This document shows positions 49,487 to 58,031 of a DNA stretch of 64,000 nucleotides, in pieces (within the stretch, counting starts at the first letter, position 1; the number at the start of each line of letters is the position of its first letter). This DNA is from Syntrophales bacterium. Lineage in GTDB: Bacteria > Desulfobacterota > Syntrophia > Syntrophales > UBA2210. The stretch is from NCBI GenBank assembly GCA_963666365.2, contig CAXXNF010000002.1, positions 1,408,001 to 1,472,000 of the forward strand, written 5' to 3'. The translations under genes were made by a program, and so were the position numbers. The notes beneath the pieces were generated by a model. The model did not search any database, was not told where the DNA came from, and saw only the letters and a program-made list of their open reading frames with translations.

Positions 49487-50797
49487 CTACCTGACCGTGC
49501 GCGAAAGATACTGCGCCTCTTTCTTGCCGGTCCGCTCATCGACAAAGCGCAGCATCACCCCTCCGGCAATAAAGAGGATGGCGATGGAGGTGATGCTTAT
49601 GCGCGACGCGAAGATGCTCGAATATCCCATGGAGCGTACCACCAGCGCGGTGATGCCGAGAAACACCGGTCCTATGACAACGGAAAACTTGCCGATGAGA
49701 TTATAAAACCCGAAAAACTCGGCCGACTTTTCAACGGGAATGATCCGTGCGAAATAGGACCGGCTCAGGGCCTGAATGCCTCCCTGAACCATACCGATGA
49801 CTACCGCCAGGATGTAAAATTCGTTTTTATGCGTCATGAAGGCGGCATAGATCGTGACGGCGATATAGACAGCAATGGCAATGTAAATGGCGCGCTTTGT
49901 ACCTATTTTCCCCCCCAGATAGCCGAAGGCGACGGCCGAAGGAAACCCGACGAACTGGGTAATGAGAAGCGCCAGAATGAGGTCGTTGGTTTCGAACCCG
50001 ATGGACATGCCGTAATCGAGGGCCATTCTGATGATCGTATCGACACCGTCGATATAGAGCCAGTAGGCGATGAGAAAAAGGAAGATCATTCTCAGATGGC
50101 GGATCTCCCGGAACGTGTGCCCAAGCTGCCGCAGCCCTGCCGAAACTGCATCGAAGGCACCTGTCCTCTCCTTGGCCCCCGGTTCCTTGACAAAGAGAAA
50201 GACCGGGATGGAAAAGATCGCCCACCAGCACGCCACGGAAAGAAAGGCAAAGCGCACGGCCGCCCCGGCATCGGCAAAGCCGAAAGTGGCCGGCTTCAGC
50301 GTCATCCACACATTGAACGCGAAGAGTATGCCACCTCCCAGATACCCCAGTGAGAAGCCCAGGGCCGACACAAAATCCATGCGCCTTTCCGAGGACACCG
50401 CCGTAATCAGTGAATCGTAAAAGATATTGCCGCCGGAAAATCCCACCGTCGCCAGCACATAGACGGCGATGGCCATGCCCCAGTTCCCCCTTGTCACCAT
50501 ATACAGCGATGCCGTCATCACCACCCCGATGAAGGCGAAGAACATCAGGAATTTTTTCTTCGCTCCTCCCCGATCGGCAATGGCGCCCAGGATCGGCGCC
50601 GACAGTGCGACGACCATGCCGGCGATCGAATTCGCCATGCCCAGTTTTGCCGTACTCACGACGGTATCGGTGCCGGCGCTCCAGAATTTTTTAAAGAAAA
50701 TCGGGAAAAAGGCAGCCATAACCGTGGTGGCAAAGGCCGAGTTGGCCCAATCGTACATTGCCCATCCGAAGACGGCTTTTCGTGTATCGCGCTGCAT
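49487..50797 (-). CDS. MFS transporter, Atg22/UMF1-like
   Basis: WAMYDWANSAF, FY.SL, LGY.GG and QALSRS...EFFGFY motifs. Confidence 0.9.
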   Translation of the reverse strand: MQRDTRKAVFGWAMYDWANSAFATTVMAAFFPIFFKKFWSAGTDTVVSTAKLGMANSIAGMVVALSAPILGAIADRGGAKKKFLMFFAFIGVVMTASLYMVTRGNWGMAIAVYVLATVGFSGGNIFYDSLITAVSSERRMDFVSALGFSLGYLGGGILFAFNVWMTLKPATFGFADAGAAVRFAFLSVACWWAIFSIPVFLFVKEPGAKERTGAFDAVSAGLRQLGHTFREIRHLRMIFLFLIAYWLYIDGVDTIIRMALDYGMSIGFETNDLILALLITQFVGFPSAVAFGYLGGKIGTKRAIYIAIAVYIAVTIYAAFMTHKNEFYILAVVIGMVQGGIQALSRSYFARIIPVEKSAEFFGFYNLIGKFSVVIGPVFLGITALVVRSMGYSSIFASRISITSIAILFIAGGVMLRFVDERTGKKEAQYLSRTVR

Positions 50798-50899
50798 ACG
50801 TAGTTGTCGTTCTCCTTTACAGCGATTTCAGAAACAGATACTCCCCCCTGATGTGCCCCTGTCGCGTCCCTTACAGAATCACACAGCACCACCAATTTC

Positions 50900-50968
50900 G
50901 TCTTACCGGCGAATGCCGGCATCCAGTTTTTCACACACGTTCCGGATTCCGGGTCAAGCCCGGAATGA
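50900..50968. repeat. REP-like double-hairpin palindromic element
   Basis: GTCTTACCGGC-GAAT-GCCGGCATCCAG ... CCGGATTCCGGG-TCAAG-CCCGGAATGA. Confidence 0.7.
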
Positions 50969-51032
50969 AAGAGAAGGAATTATGCAAGGTCTCCTGTCAT
51001 ACCGACGGCAGGCTCGTATCAAAAAAACACGC

Positions 51033-51725
51033 TTAATGTCCCAGCCAGTGCAGTGCCCTCTCGACAATCCGTGAGTGGATCTCATCGGACGTGGTCTCCA
51101 TACACCGAGGCGTATGAAACGAATGGTCCGCCCCTTCGATTACCTCCAGATCCCATGATGCAGTCAGACACCCCAGCACTTCCTTAAGAACTCCAAGATC
51201 GCAGAGCGAATCCCGGGTTCCGGCAAAAAATAGCATGGGAATGCGAATGCGATAAAGGTGCGCGTCCCGCCTTTGCTCCCTTTTGCCAGGCGGATGAAGA
51301 GGATATCCGAACAATATGAGCCGCTCGGCCTCAAGCATGCCCTCCGCCGCCATTTCGGTGGCGACGCGCCCCCCCATGGACTTGCCGCCGGCAATGATCC
51401 TGTCGATCCTGCAGGCCGGGTCTTCCCTCAGGTAGCGACAGACACTCCGCCACGTGTCCATCAGCCGGATCTGCGAGTCGGGCGCCTTCTTCCCCCGTTC
51501 CCGATAGGGAAAATTGAATCGAATCGAAAGATAGCCTGCCCGGGCGAATCCCTCCGACAGGGCGACAATCAGCGGACTGTGCATATCGTTTCCCGCACCG
51601 TGGGCCACGGCAAAGGCAGATCCCACCCCCACCTTGAAATGCTCGGGTACGGCAAGCAAGGCCGACACGGGATCTCCCTTTTCAAGCGGAATCATGGCGC
51701 TTCGCGTAGTAAATTTCATATCCAT
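51033..51725 (-). CDS. Alpha/beta hydrolase (KANL3/Tex30-like)
   Basis: HGAG..M, RFNFPY, GGKSMGGR, GYPLHPPG and DHSF motifs. Confidence 0.88.
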   Translation of the reverse strand: MDMKFTTRSAMIPLEKGDPVSALLAVPEHFKVGVGSAFAVAHGAGNDMHSPLIVALSEGFARAGYLSIRFNFPYRERGKKAPDSQIRLMDTWRSVCRYLREDPACRIDRIIAGGKSMGGRVATEMAAEGMLEAERLILFGYPLHPPGKREQRRDAHLYRIRIPMLFFAGTRDSLCDLGVLKEVLGCLTASWDLEVIEGADHSFHTPRCMETTSDEIHSRIVERALHWLGH

Positions 51726-51911
51726 GTCGCCCCTCCGTCATCAACGCCATACAAAAGGTTTGAACCATTTATTAAGGAGTGCCGATGCGAATCGCCCCTT
51801 CACAGTGCCCGCATGAACGGCCCCGCAAAGAAGCACCGTGGTCAACAGAATCTCAGAAACCAGGGGAAAAGTCAAACCGTTTGCTGCTCATTGATGTGTT
51901 ATGTGACTTCC

Positions 51912-52928
51912 CTACGCCCGATGGAGATCCAGGCCCATTTTTGCAAAGATCGGCGTCAGGAGCTCCATCGCCCGCCGTTGATGCGCCTTGACCGCCTCCT
52001 GGAAGCGGAACCAGTCGGTCTGTTCTTTGTCGATCCCCTCTTTCCAGAAATAGCGGTCCTTGATGAACGAAAATGATGAAGCGATTCCATGGTTCGCATC
52101 CTTCAGCCCCCGCACCTCGCAGTCAAGGGCTTCATCAAGCCAGCGATCCCGGTCGAAATCTCCAAGCCATGTGGCCTGATGCCGATAGGCATCCGCACGC
52201 AACGACGCACTCCGGTTGAAAAATCCCGAGGTCGATTTTCCCATGATCGTCCTGAGCGAGTTATTAAGCGTATCCCAAGAAACAGGAATTTCCTTTCCCT
52301 TCGTCTCGTTAAAGCGTCGGTATTTCTCGTAGAGCCTCACCGACGCCTGCAGGAAGCGCTCGTTGTTGTCCACATCTTCATTCACCAGACGGCAGTCCTT
52401 CCAGCGGTGGGCCACCCAGTCAGGATGATGTTCCCCATCGGCATGACCGATGTCGGGTTTGGGGTCAAGCCCCATATTGTTGAAGTAATCGTACCATCCG
52501 ACAAAATTCTGGTGGGCCCAGGTATCGGCATACATGTGCGAGGCAACGCCGATGCGATGCAGGCGAAAATCGTCGGCGGACCTGAATGCCTCGTCCATAA
52601 GCTTGTTCGCATACTCATTGTCGGGGGTGGTGTTGAGCAGATGCATCTTGCCGTCACGCCGGCAGGCTTCATCAGAGAAAGGATCGCCCGGCATGAAATG
52701 AAAAACGGGATAGATGCGCATCAGCGTACGCTTGGGCTTCAGGATATTCATCGTCTGTGAGATATACACGGTATAGACATCCTCCGTTCTACGATCTTCA
52801 ATGCAAAAGCCGACATCGTTCTCGTCGACATACTCTGAGGCGAAGGCGATGATCCGCGCCTCTGCCTCCGTAAAACCGGCAGCATGGGCCACAATCCCCG
52901 TGATGTAATAATGAAACTCAGTATCCAT
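51912..52928 (-). CDS. DUF6765-like His-rich metallo-hydrolase
   Basis: MD.EFHYY, A...GF, YVD, FHF.PG and H..ADTWAHQNF.G motifs; start moved to ATG 52928. Confidence 0.65.
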   Translation of the reverse strand: MDTEFHYYITGIVAHAAGFTEAEARIIAFASEYVDENDVGFCIEDRRTEDVYTVYISQTMNILKPKRTLMRIYPVFHFMPGDPFSDEACRRDGKMHLLNTTPDNEYANKLMDEAFRSADDFRLHRIGVASHMYADTWAHQNFVGWYDYFNNMGLDPKPDIGHADGEHHPDWVAHRWKDCRLVNEDVDNNERFLQASVRLYEKYRRFNETKGKEIPVSWDTLNNSLRTIMGKSTSGFFNRSASLRADAYRHQATWLGDFDRDRWLDEALDCEVRGLKDANHGIASSFSFIKDRYFWKEGIDKEQTDWFRFQEAVKAHQRRAMELLTPIFAKMGLDLHRA

Positions 52929-53206
52929 CAACACACTCCTCCTTTGGACAGTAATCGGCCGTTGCCGACGCAAACGGCGCTTCTCTTTCCTGTGCACGGT
53001 CTGAAGGCGTGCAGTTCAGTGTCGGTGAGGCTTATGTATACTGGTATCGGTCACGAAGTTGATGCCGGGGGTCCAAGTCGGCGGCGGATGCGGAATAGTG
53101 CCGCCATTCTAATTTGATTTTTCTTTTATGGCAATGAAATGTTATTATTGCCGCGCACTATTAAGGCACAGGCTTTTTTTTATTACCACAAAAAGAGGAG
53201 GCATCT

Positions 53207-54001
53207 ATGCGTACAATTAAAATATCTTTAATTATTTCGGCATATTTATGCAGCATCATGTTATTCCTGCCCTTTTCCGCCGGAGCTGACGACGGCAGGG
53301 ACGCTCCTTCCGCAAAAGTCTGCCGGGCCATCCAGGACCGCCTCGACGATCTGACGAATACCATCGATCGCCTTTCCGTCGCTATGGCGGGAAAGCCCCT
53401 TCAAGGCGAAGAGACGCAGCGGCTTCTGTTGCAGACCTACGAATCGGATCGGGCATTCTTTTCCGTAGTCACGATTGATCGGAATCTAACACTGGCCGCC
53501 GTGGCGCCTGAGTGTTTTCATCGTGCCATCGGGCAGAGAACAGGAAGCCCGCAGTCGGTAAAAAAGGCTTTCGAAAGCGGCCGCGTAGAATTGAGCGACT
53601 CCTTTACCGCCGCAGAGGGATTCTCTTCCTGCGCTCTCAACAAGGCTATCAAAAGGGGACAGGGGCTGGTATCAGCCACCTTCAATCCCTCCGATGTCTT
53701 CGCAAATGCCATCCCCGCCGAGTTCAAACTGGCCGTCTTCATCCTGAGAGCAGAGGACGGGGTGATGGAATTCAGCAATCATGCGGAAAACATGAACCGA
53801 TCCGTGCTGAGCGACCCGAAATTCGACAGACACTATGCGGATTTTCAACGGCTCTGCCGCAGCATTCTCAAAGAAAAGAAGGGAACCGGCGCCTATCACT
53901 ACAAAAAATTTCCCACCACCGACATCGTATTGAAAACCTGCTCATGGGATACGGTCGCCTGCGGCCGGCGCTTCTGGCGGGTGGTCCAGTTTCACGAATA
54001 G
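53207..54001 (+). CDS. Secreted stand-alone Cache-like domain protein
   Basis: Signal peptide; SDSF.A.EG, DG....N, GTG.Y.Y..K..W.TV.....WRVV; no second TM. Confidence 0.55.
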   Translation: MRTIKISLIISAYLCSIMLFLPFSAGADDGRDAPSAKVCRAIQDRLDDLTNTIDRLSVAMAGKPLQGEETQRLLLQTYESDRAFFSVVTIDRNLTLAAVAPECFHRAIGQRTGSPQSVKKAFESGRVELSDSFTAAEGFSSCALNKAIKRGQGLVSATFNPSDVFANAIPAEFKLAVFILRAEDGVMEFSNHAENMNRSVLSDPKFDRHYADFQRLCRSILKEKKGTGAYHYKKFPTTDIVLKTCSWDTVACGRRFWRVVQFHE

Positions 54002-54105
54002 GGACACTTCCCTATTTAAAAGCGTTTAGAACATTTAGACAACAACGATCTCAACGTTACTAACGTTACTAACAATCCTAACGTTTAAGCAGGGGGAGTG
54101 TCCCT
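53997..54105. repeat. Hairpin-armed element, copy 1 (degenerate right arm, 9-mer filled)
   Basis: AATAGGGACACTTCCCTATTT ... (T/C)AACGTTAC-like 9-mers ... AGGGGGAGTGTCCCT. Confidence 0.7.
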
Positions 54106-54573
54106 GTGATGAAAGGAACATCCATGCACCAGGGCTTCTATTTTGAAGAGTTTTCATTGGGAGACACGTTCAGAACCGAAGGAAGAACTGTCACCGAATC
54201 GGATCTGGTCGAGTTCGTCACCCGGCACACCTACAGCGAACCCCTTTTTATGGACCGGGAGTACATCGAGAAGGAAACCCAATTTGAAGGGCCCATCGCG
54301 CCTGCCCTCATGACCGTGTCCATGGCCGACGGGCTTTCAATCCTCTCGGGCATTATCCACAAGACGGGAATGGCCTTTCTCTGGATGGAAATGGACGTAA
54401 AGGCCCCCGTCTTCATCGGGGACACCATCCACGTCGAGATAGAGGTCATTGAGAAACGGGAAACCCAAAAACCGGATCGCGGTATCATCAACTTCCGCCA
54501 CCGCGTACTGAACCAGAAAGGGGAACTGGTGATGGAATACTGCGTAAAAAGAATGATCCGCCGCAAAAAATAG
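54106..54573 (+). CDS. MaoC/PaaZ-like hotdog dehydratase
   Basis: YFEEF..GD....GRTVTE.D; PVFIGDTI; NQ.GE.V motifs. Confidence 0.88.
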   Translation: MMKGTSMHQGFYFEEFSLGDTFRTEGRTVTESDLVEFVTRHTYSEPLFMDREYIEKETQFEGPIAPALMTVSMADGLSILSGIIHKTGMAFLWMEMDVKAPVFIGDTIHVEIEVIEKRETQKPDRGIINFRHRVLNQKGELVMEYCVKRMIRRKK

Positions 54574-54663
54574 GGACACTTCCCTATTTTTGGTCCGTAA
54601 AAAGCTGATATAAAAAAGGAAATATGGATCTCCCGCAAAATAAATAGGGAAGTGTCCCTATTT
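54568..54663 (-). repeat. 96-bp MITE/REPIN-like element, copy 2
   Basis: Terminal inverted arms AAATAGGGACACTTCCCTATTT / AAATAGGGAAGTGTCCCTATTT. Confidence 0.9.
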
Positions 54664-56971
54664 ATCGAAGGCCGGCTACGTCCTGCAGGATGTAGACAAT
54701 ATCCGCCAGGCCGACTTTTCCATCGCCGTTCACGTCGCCGGCGGGAGAGGGCCTCTCTGCCGATATCCCCACAATATACTTGAACGCCAAGAGGGCATCC
54801 CCCAGTTCGAGGCGAAGATTCCCGTTTACATCGCCCCGCGGAGGCGAGAAGACCACGATGCCCGCATCGACAACCCCCAGACCTCCGGAGAAATAAATCA
54901 CCCCTTTAGCGTCAACGGTCATTTGGGTCTCGTCAAGTGTGGTCACCGGTTCAGGCGCGCCGGTAAGATCCACATCCGCCGGCACCCTGCTGTTGGCAAA
55001 GCGCAGATGCCTTCGATCGAAGGCACTGGTATCGGTCATGGTCGCCCAGGTGTTGCTGTCAGGCACATATCTCTGCTTTGCCGCATTCCAGATGTCGCCG
55101 TTATCGTCCTGATATATTCGGTACCCGCCTGAATAGCCGAATGCATCCTGGTTCTTGAACTGAAACCACTGAGGGTCTCCCCCCTCCGGGTCCTTTTTCA
55201 TCAGGGCGATCCCATTCCAGGTCATGAACCACACATTGCCGCTATCGTCCATAAGCACACCGTCAACCCGATAATCGGGAAAGCGTTCCGTATCGGACGA
55301 GTCATACCAGATCCACGAACTGTTGCCGGGATCGAGGTAATAGACGCCAAAGGCGCCGTGAAACCATTTTCCGTCTTCCGGGTCTGCATAGGCGCCGTAA
55401 TAATAGTAACTGGTATATGAGGCTTCCGGCAGATCGATCCACTGCTCGGCATTGACGTCATAGGCTGCGGGGGGGGCGTTCTGGGGAGCAAAATAGATCC
55501 GGTTTTTCGAATCCACGGTCACCCCGGCAAAGCCAAAGCTGCCGAACGATCCGCCTCCTGTCTGGCGAAATTGCTGCCAGGTTCCGTCCGATTTGAGCCG
55601 TGCGATACTGGGATCGTCATAGGCAGGAAACCAGACGCCGCCGCTTCTGTCGGCGGCAATGAAATCGTACCGGTTGCTGGTGAGGGTGGTACTGTCTTCC
55701 CGAAAAGTGTGGTGGGCGATCTGTGCAAGCTGCGGTTGTCCCTGATCGTTCACCGGAAGGTAGTGCACCCCCGTTCCGTTCCCCGTGATGCCGGGCGTAT
55801 AGGCCGTGGTGAACCAGAGCCCGTCTTCTGTTGCCGCCATGCCCGGAATCTGTTCGCTCTGCAATCCCAGATCGGCCGCCCGGTAACGGAACCACTGGCC
55901 GCTCTCCGCCCCTGGAACGTACCGCAGCAGCCCGCCATTCTGGCTGTAAAACCCCCCGAACCAGACCGATCCGTCGCCGGAGGCCTCGATGCTGCTCACT
56001 CTACTGTCGGACATTCCTATTTCCGCGTTCAAATCGTACTTAATCCATTCACCTGCGGCAGTGCAGCAATAGATCCCGTATGACACATAGCTTCCGGAGC
56101 CGACCCATATGTTGCCCCCGGCATCTTCCTCGATGTAGGACAGGGGGCTCGCACCAGGCACATCGGGATCTTCTGTGTCATTGTACACGTAGACCGTGTT
56201 GACAAGACTGGTCCCCATGGCGAGCCCGTATCCATCGGTCACCCAGTAGCGCCCCCGGCTGTCGATGAGGGCATCGCTGATAAAATAGTTGTTGTAGGGA
56301 AGGTATACTTGGCGGCTTTCGGCCACGGAAAGCGACGAGTCGATGCGAATGATCCCCCGGGCCGAAATAAGCAGTACGTCCTGCGTACCGCCCCCTTTTT
56401 CGATCAGGCGGATGCGATGCACGCTGTCCACGTTGGTCGTGTCGGTGCCCGGTGACAGATCGCTCGTATCCTGCATGGTAAAGGTCAGCATCGATCCGTC
56501 AGGCTTCTCGCACAGGACCTGACGATTTGCGAGGCCGTACCAGACATTTCCCTGCGCATCCTTCAGAGCGCATCGCACTGCGGTAACCAGCTCCGGCTTT
56601 TCCACCACCGTAAGGTAGTCCTTGCCTACGGCGTTATTCCTTTGACTGTTCGTGATGTACCGGAATGTGCCCGCAGGATCGTCCGGTGCGTGGTACCACA
56701 CGCCGGGATCGTACTCGCTCCCCTCGACAGCGCTCACCCATAGCCCACCCTCGGCATCGACCGTCACATCGCTGGGCCGGTAGGGTACATTATTGGTGCG
56801 AAGTCGGTACCAGCCTTCGAACTGCACGGGTTGTGCATGGGCACTCTGTAGGCCTGTCCCGACCCCCATGAATAGGCTCAGGCAGATCAAGGCACAAGAA
56901 ACAACCCTTCTCGTCACTGTCCCCCGGCCACAACAGCGCTTTTCAATGAAATACTGCATGGCGACCCCCAC
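54662..56971 (-). CDS. Secreted beta-propeller protein with a C-terminal dockerin-like (EF-hand) module
   Basis: Signal peptide (AHA); repeated D..G..W(F/V) blades; GDVNG x2 at the C-terminus. Confidence 0.78.
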   Translation of the reverse strand: MGVAMQYFIEKRCCGRGTVTRRVVSCALICLSLFMGVGTGLQSAHAQPVQFEGWYRLRTNNVPYRPSDVTVDAEGGLWVSAVEGSEYDPGVWYHAPDDPAGTFRYITNSQRNNAVGKDYLTVVEKPELVTAVRCALKDAQGNVWYGLANRQVLCEKPDGSMLTFTMQDTSDLSPGTDTTNVDSVHRIRLIEKGGGTQDVLLISARGIIRIDSSLSVAESRQVYLPYNNYFISDALIDSRGRYWVTDGYGLAMGTSLVNTVYVYNDTEDPDVPGASPLSYIEEDAGGNIWVGSGSYVSYGIYCCTAAGEWIKYDLNAEIGMSDSRVSSIEASGDGSVWFGGFYSQNGGLLRYVPGAESGQWFRYRAADLGLQSEQIPGMAATEDGLWFTTAYTPGITGNGTGVHYLPVNDQGQPQLAQIAHHTFREDSTTLTSNRYDFIAADRSGGVWFPAYDDPSIARLKSDGTWQQFRQTGGGSFGSFGFAGVTVDSKNRIYFAPQNAPPAAYDVNAEQWIDLPEASYTSYYYYGAYADPEDGKWFHGAFGVYYLDPGNSSWIWYDSSDTERFPDYRVDGVLMDDSGNVWFMTWNGIALMKKDPEGGDPQWFQFKNQDAFGYSGGYRIYQDDNGDIWNAAKQRYVPDSNTWATMTDTSAFDRRHLRFANSRVPADVDLTGAPEPVTTLDETQMTVDAKGVIYFSGGLGVVDAGIVVFSPPRGDVNGNLRLELGDALLAFKYIVGISAERPSPAGDVNGDGKVGLADIVYILQDVAGLR

Positions 56972-57066
56972 TTTTTATACGGTGTAAGTTACCAAAAAAA
57001 CTTTTACATTTCGACAATTACCTGTTTAAATATGGTGATGATATTGTGAGAAGTCAAGAAGAAAAA

Positions 57067-57162
57067 AAATAGGGACACTTCCCTATTTTTTTCGCAGGAG
57101 ATCCGAATTTCCTTATTTATATCATAGTCTTACAAACCAAAAATAGGGAAGTGTCCCTATTT
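57067..57162 (+). repeat. 96-bp MITE/REPIN-like element, copy 3
   Basis: Matches the reverse complement of copy 2 at 84/96 positions without gaps (manual alignment). Confidence 0.9.
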
Positions 57163-58014
57163 CAGGTATGAGGCGAGGGCGTCGGCGTAATAAAGGGCGT
57201 CCTCGTATCCCTGGTCGTAGGCCCCATAGAGCTTTTGCTGGTTGCGTTCAATGCGTCCCGCCGCGACTGGCCGCCTCGGTCTGATGACGAATACTTCGTT
57301 CCGTTCTTCCATTTCTTCGATTACGTCCATTGTCTCATTGTAACGGATGAATCGCGTTGCCACGTTTTTGCAGAGACCGGGGAATCGTCCGTACCGTAGG
57401 CGGGTGATTTTTTCGGCAAGGGGCGATCTCTTTTTGCGGTAGCCCCTGGGCCGGGTAAGCACGAGTACATGCCTTGTGTTCCCGTCATCGATGCTTTTCC
57501 TTATGGGGACGGAATCCGCCAGACCTCCGTCCATCAAAACCCTGCCGTCGTAACGGACCGGATGCGCCAGGAAGGGAAGACTGCTCGATGCCTGAAGGAC
57601 CGTCATATAATCGAGTCCGAGTCCGTCTTTTTCATAGTAGAGGGCCTCTCCCGTGCGGCAGTCCGACACCACGGTCACGCACCGCTGGTCGCTCGTAAAA
57701 AAGGCCCCGAAATCAAAGGGTACCAGTGAGTAGGGGATCGTATGGAAGATAAAGTGCATGCCGAAAAGCTCGCCCCTGAAGAGAAGCCGCAGATAGCTGA
57801 AATACCGCCGGTCGTTGACGTAACGAATATTGACGATGCGGTTTCTCCCCTGCTGGCGCGATACATAACTCGCCGCATTGCAGGCGCCCATGGAAACGCC
57901 GATGACATAGGGAAAATAGAGATTGTTCTCCATGAAATAGTGGAGCACTCCCGATGTGAACACCCCTCGAAGTCCCCCTCCTTCCAGAATCAGTGCCGTT
58001 CTCTGCAGGTCCAT
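57157..58014 (-). CDS. Patatin-like phospholipase
   Basis: GGGLRG, GVSMG (GxSxG) and DGG motifs. Confidence 0.92.
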   Translation of the reverse strand: MDLQRTALILEGGGLRGVFTSGVLHYFMENNLYFPYVIGVSMGACNAASYVSRQQGRNRIVNIRYVNDRRYFSYLRLLFRGELFGMHFIFHTIPYSLVPFDFGAFFTSDQRCVTVVSDCRTGEALYYEKDGLGLDYMTVLQASSSLPFLAHPVRYDGRVLMDGGLADSVPIRKSIDDGNTRHVLVLTRPRGYRKKRSPLAEKITRLRYGRFPGLCKNVATRFIRYNETMDVIEEMEERNEVFVIRPRRPVAAGRIERNQQKLYGAYDQGYEDALYYADALASYLK

Positions 58015-58031
58015 GCCCGTTCTCTCTCATT

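Noticed and set aside
53997..57162. CRISPR array or integron attC array
   Set aside because: The repeats alternate in orientation, are separated by whole genes or a conserved spacer, lack RYYYAAC...GTTRRRY ends, and no cas or intI gene is in the window.
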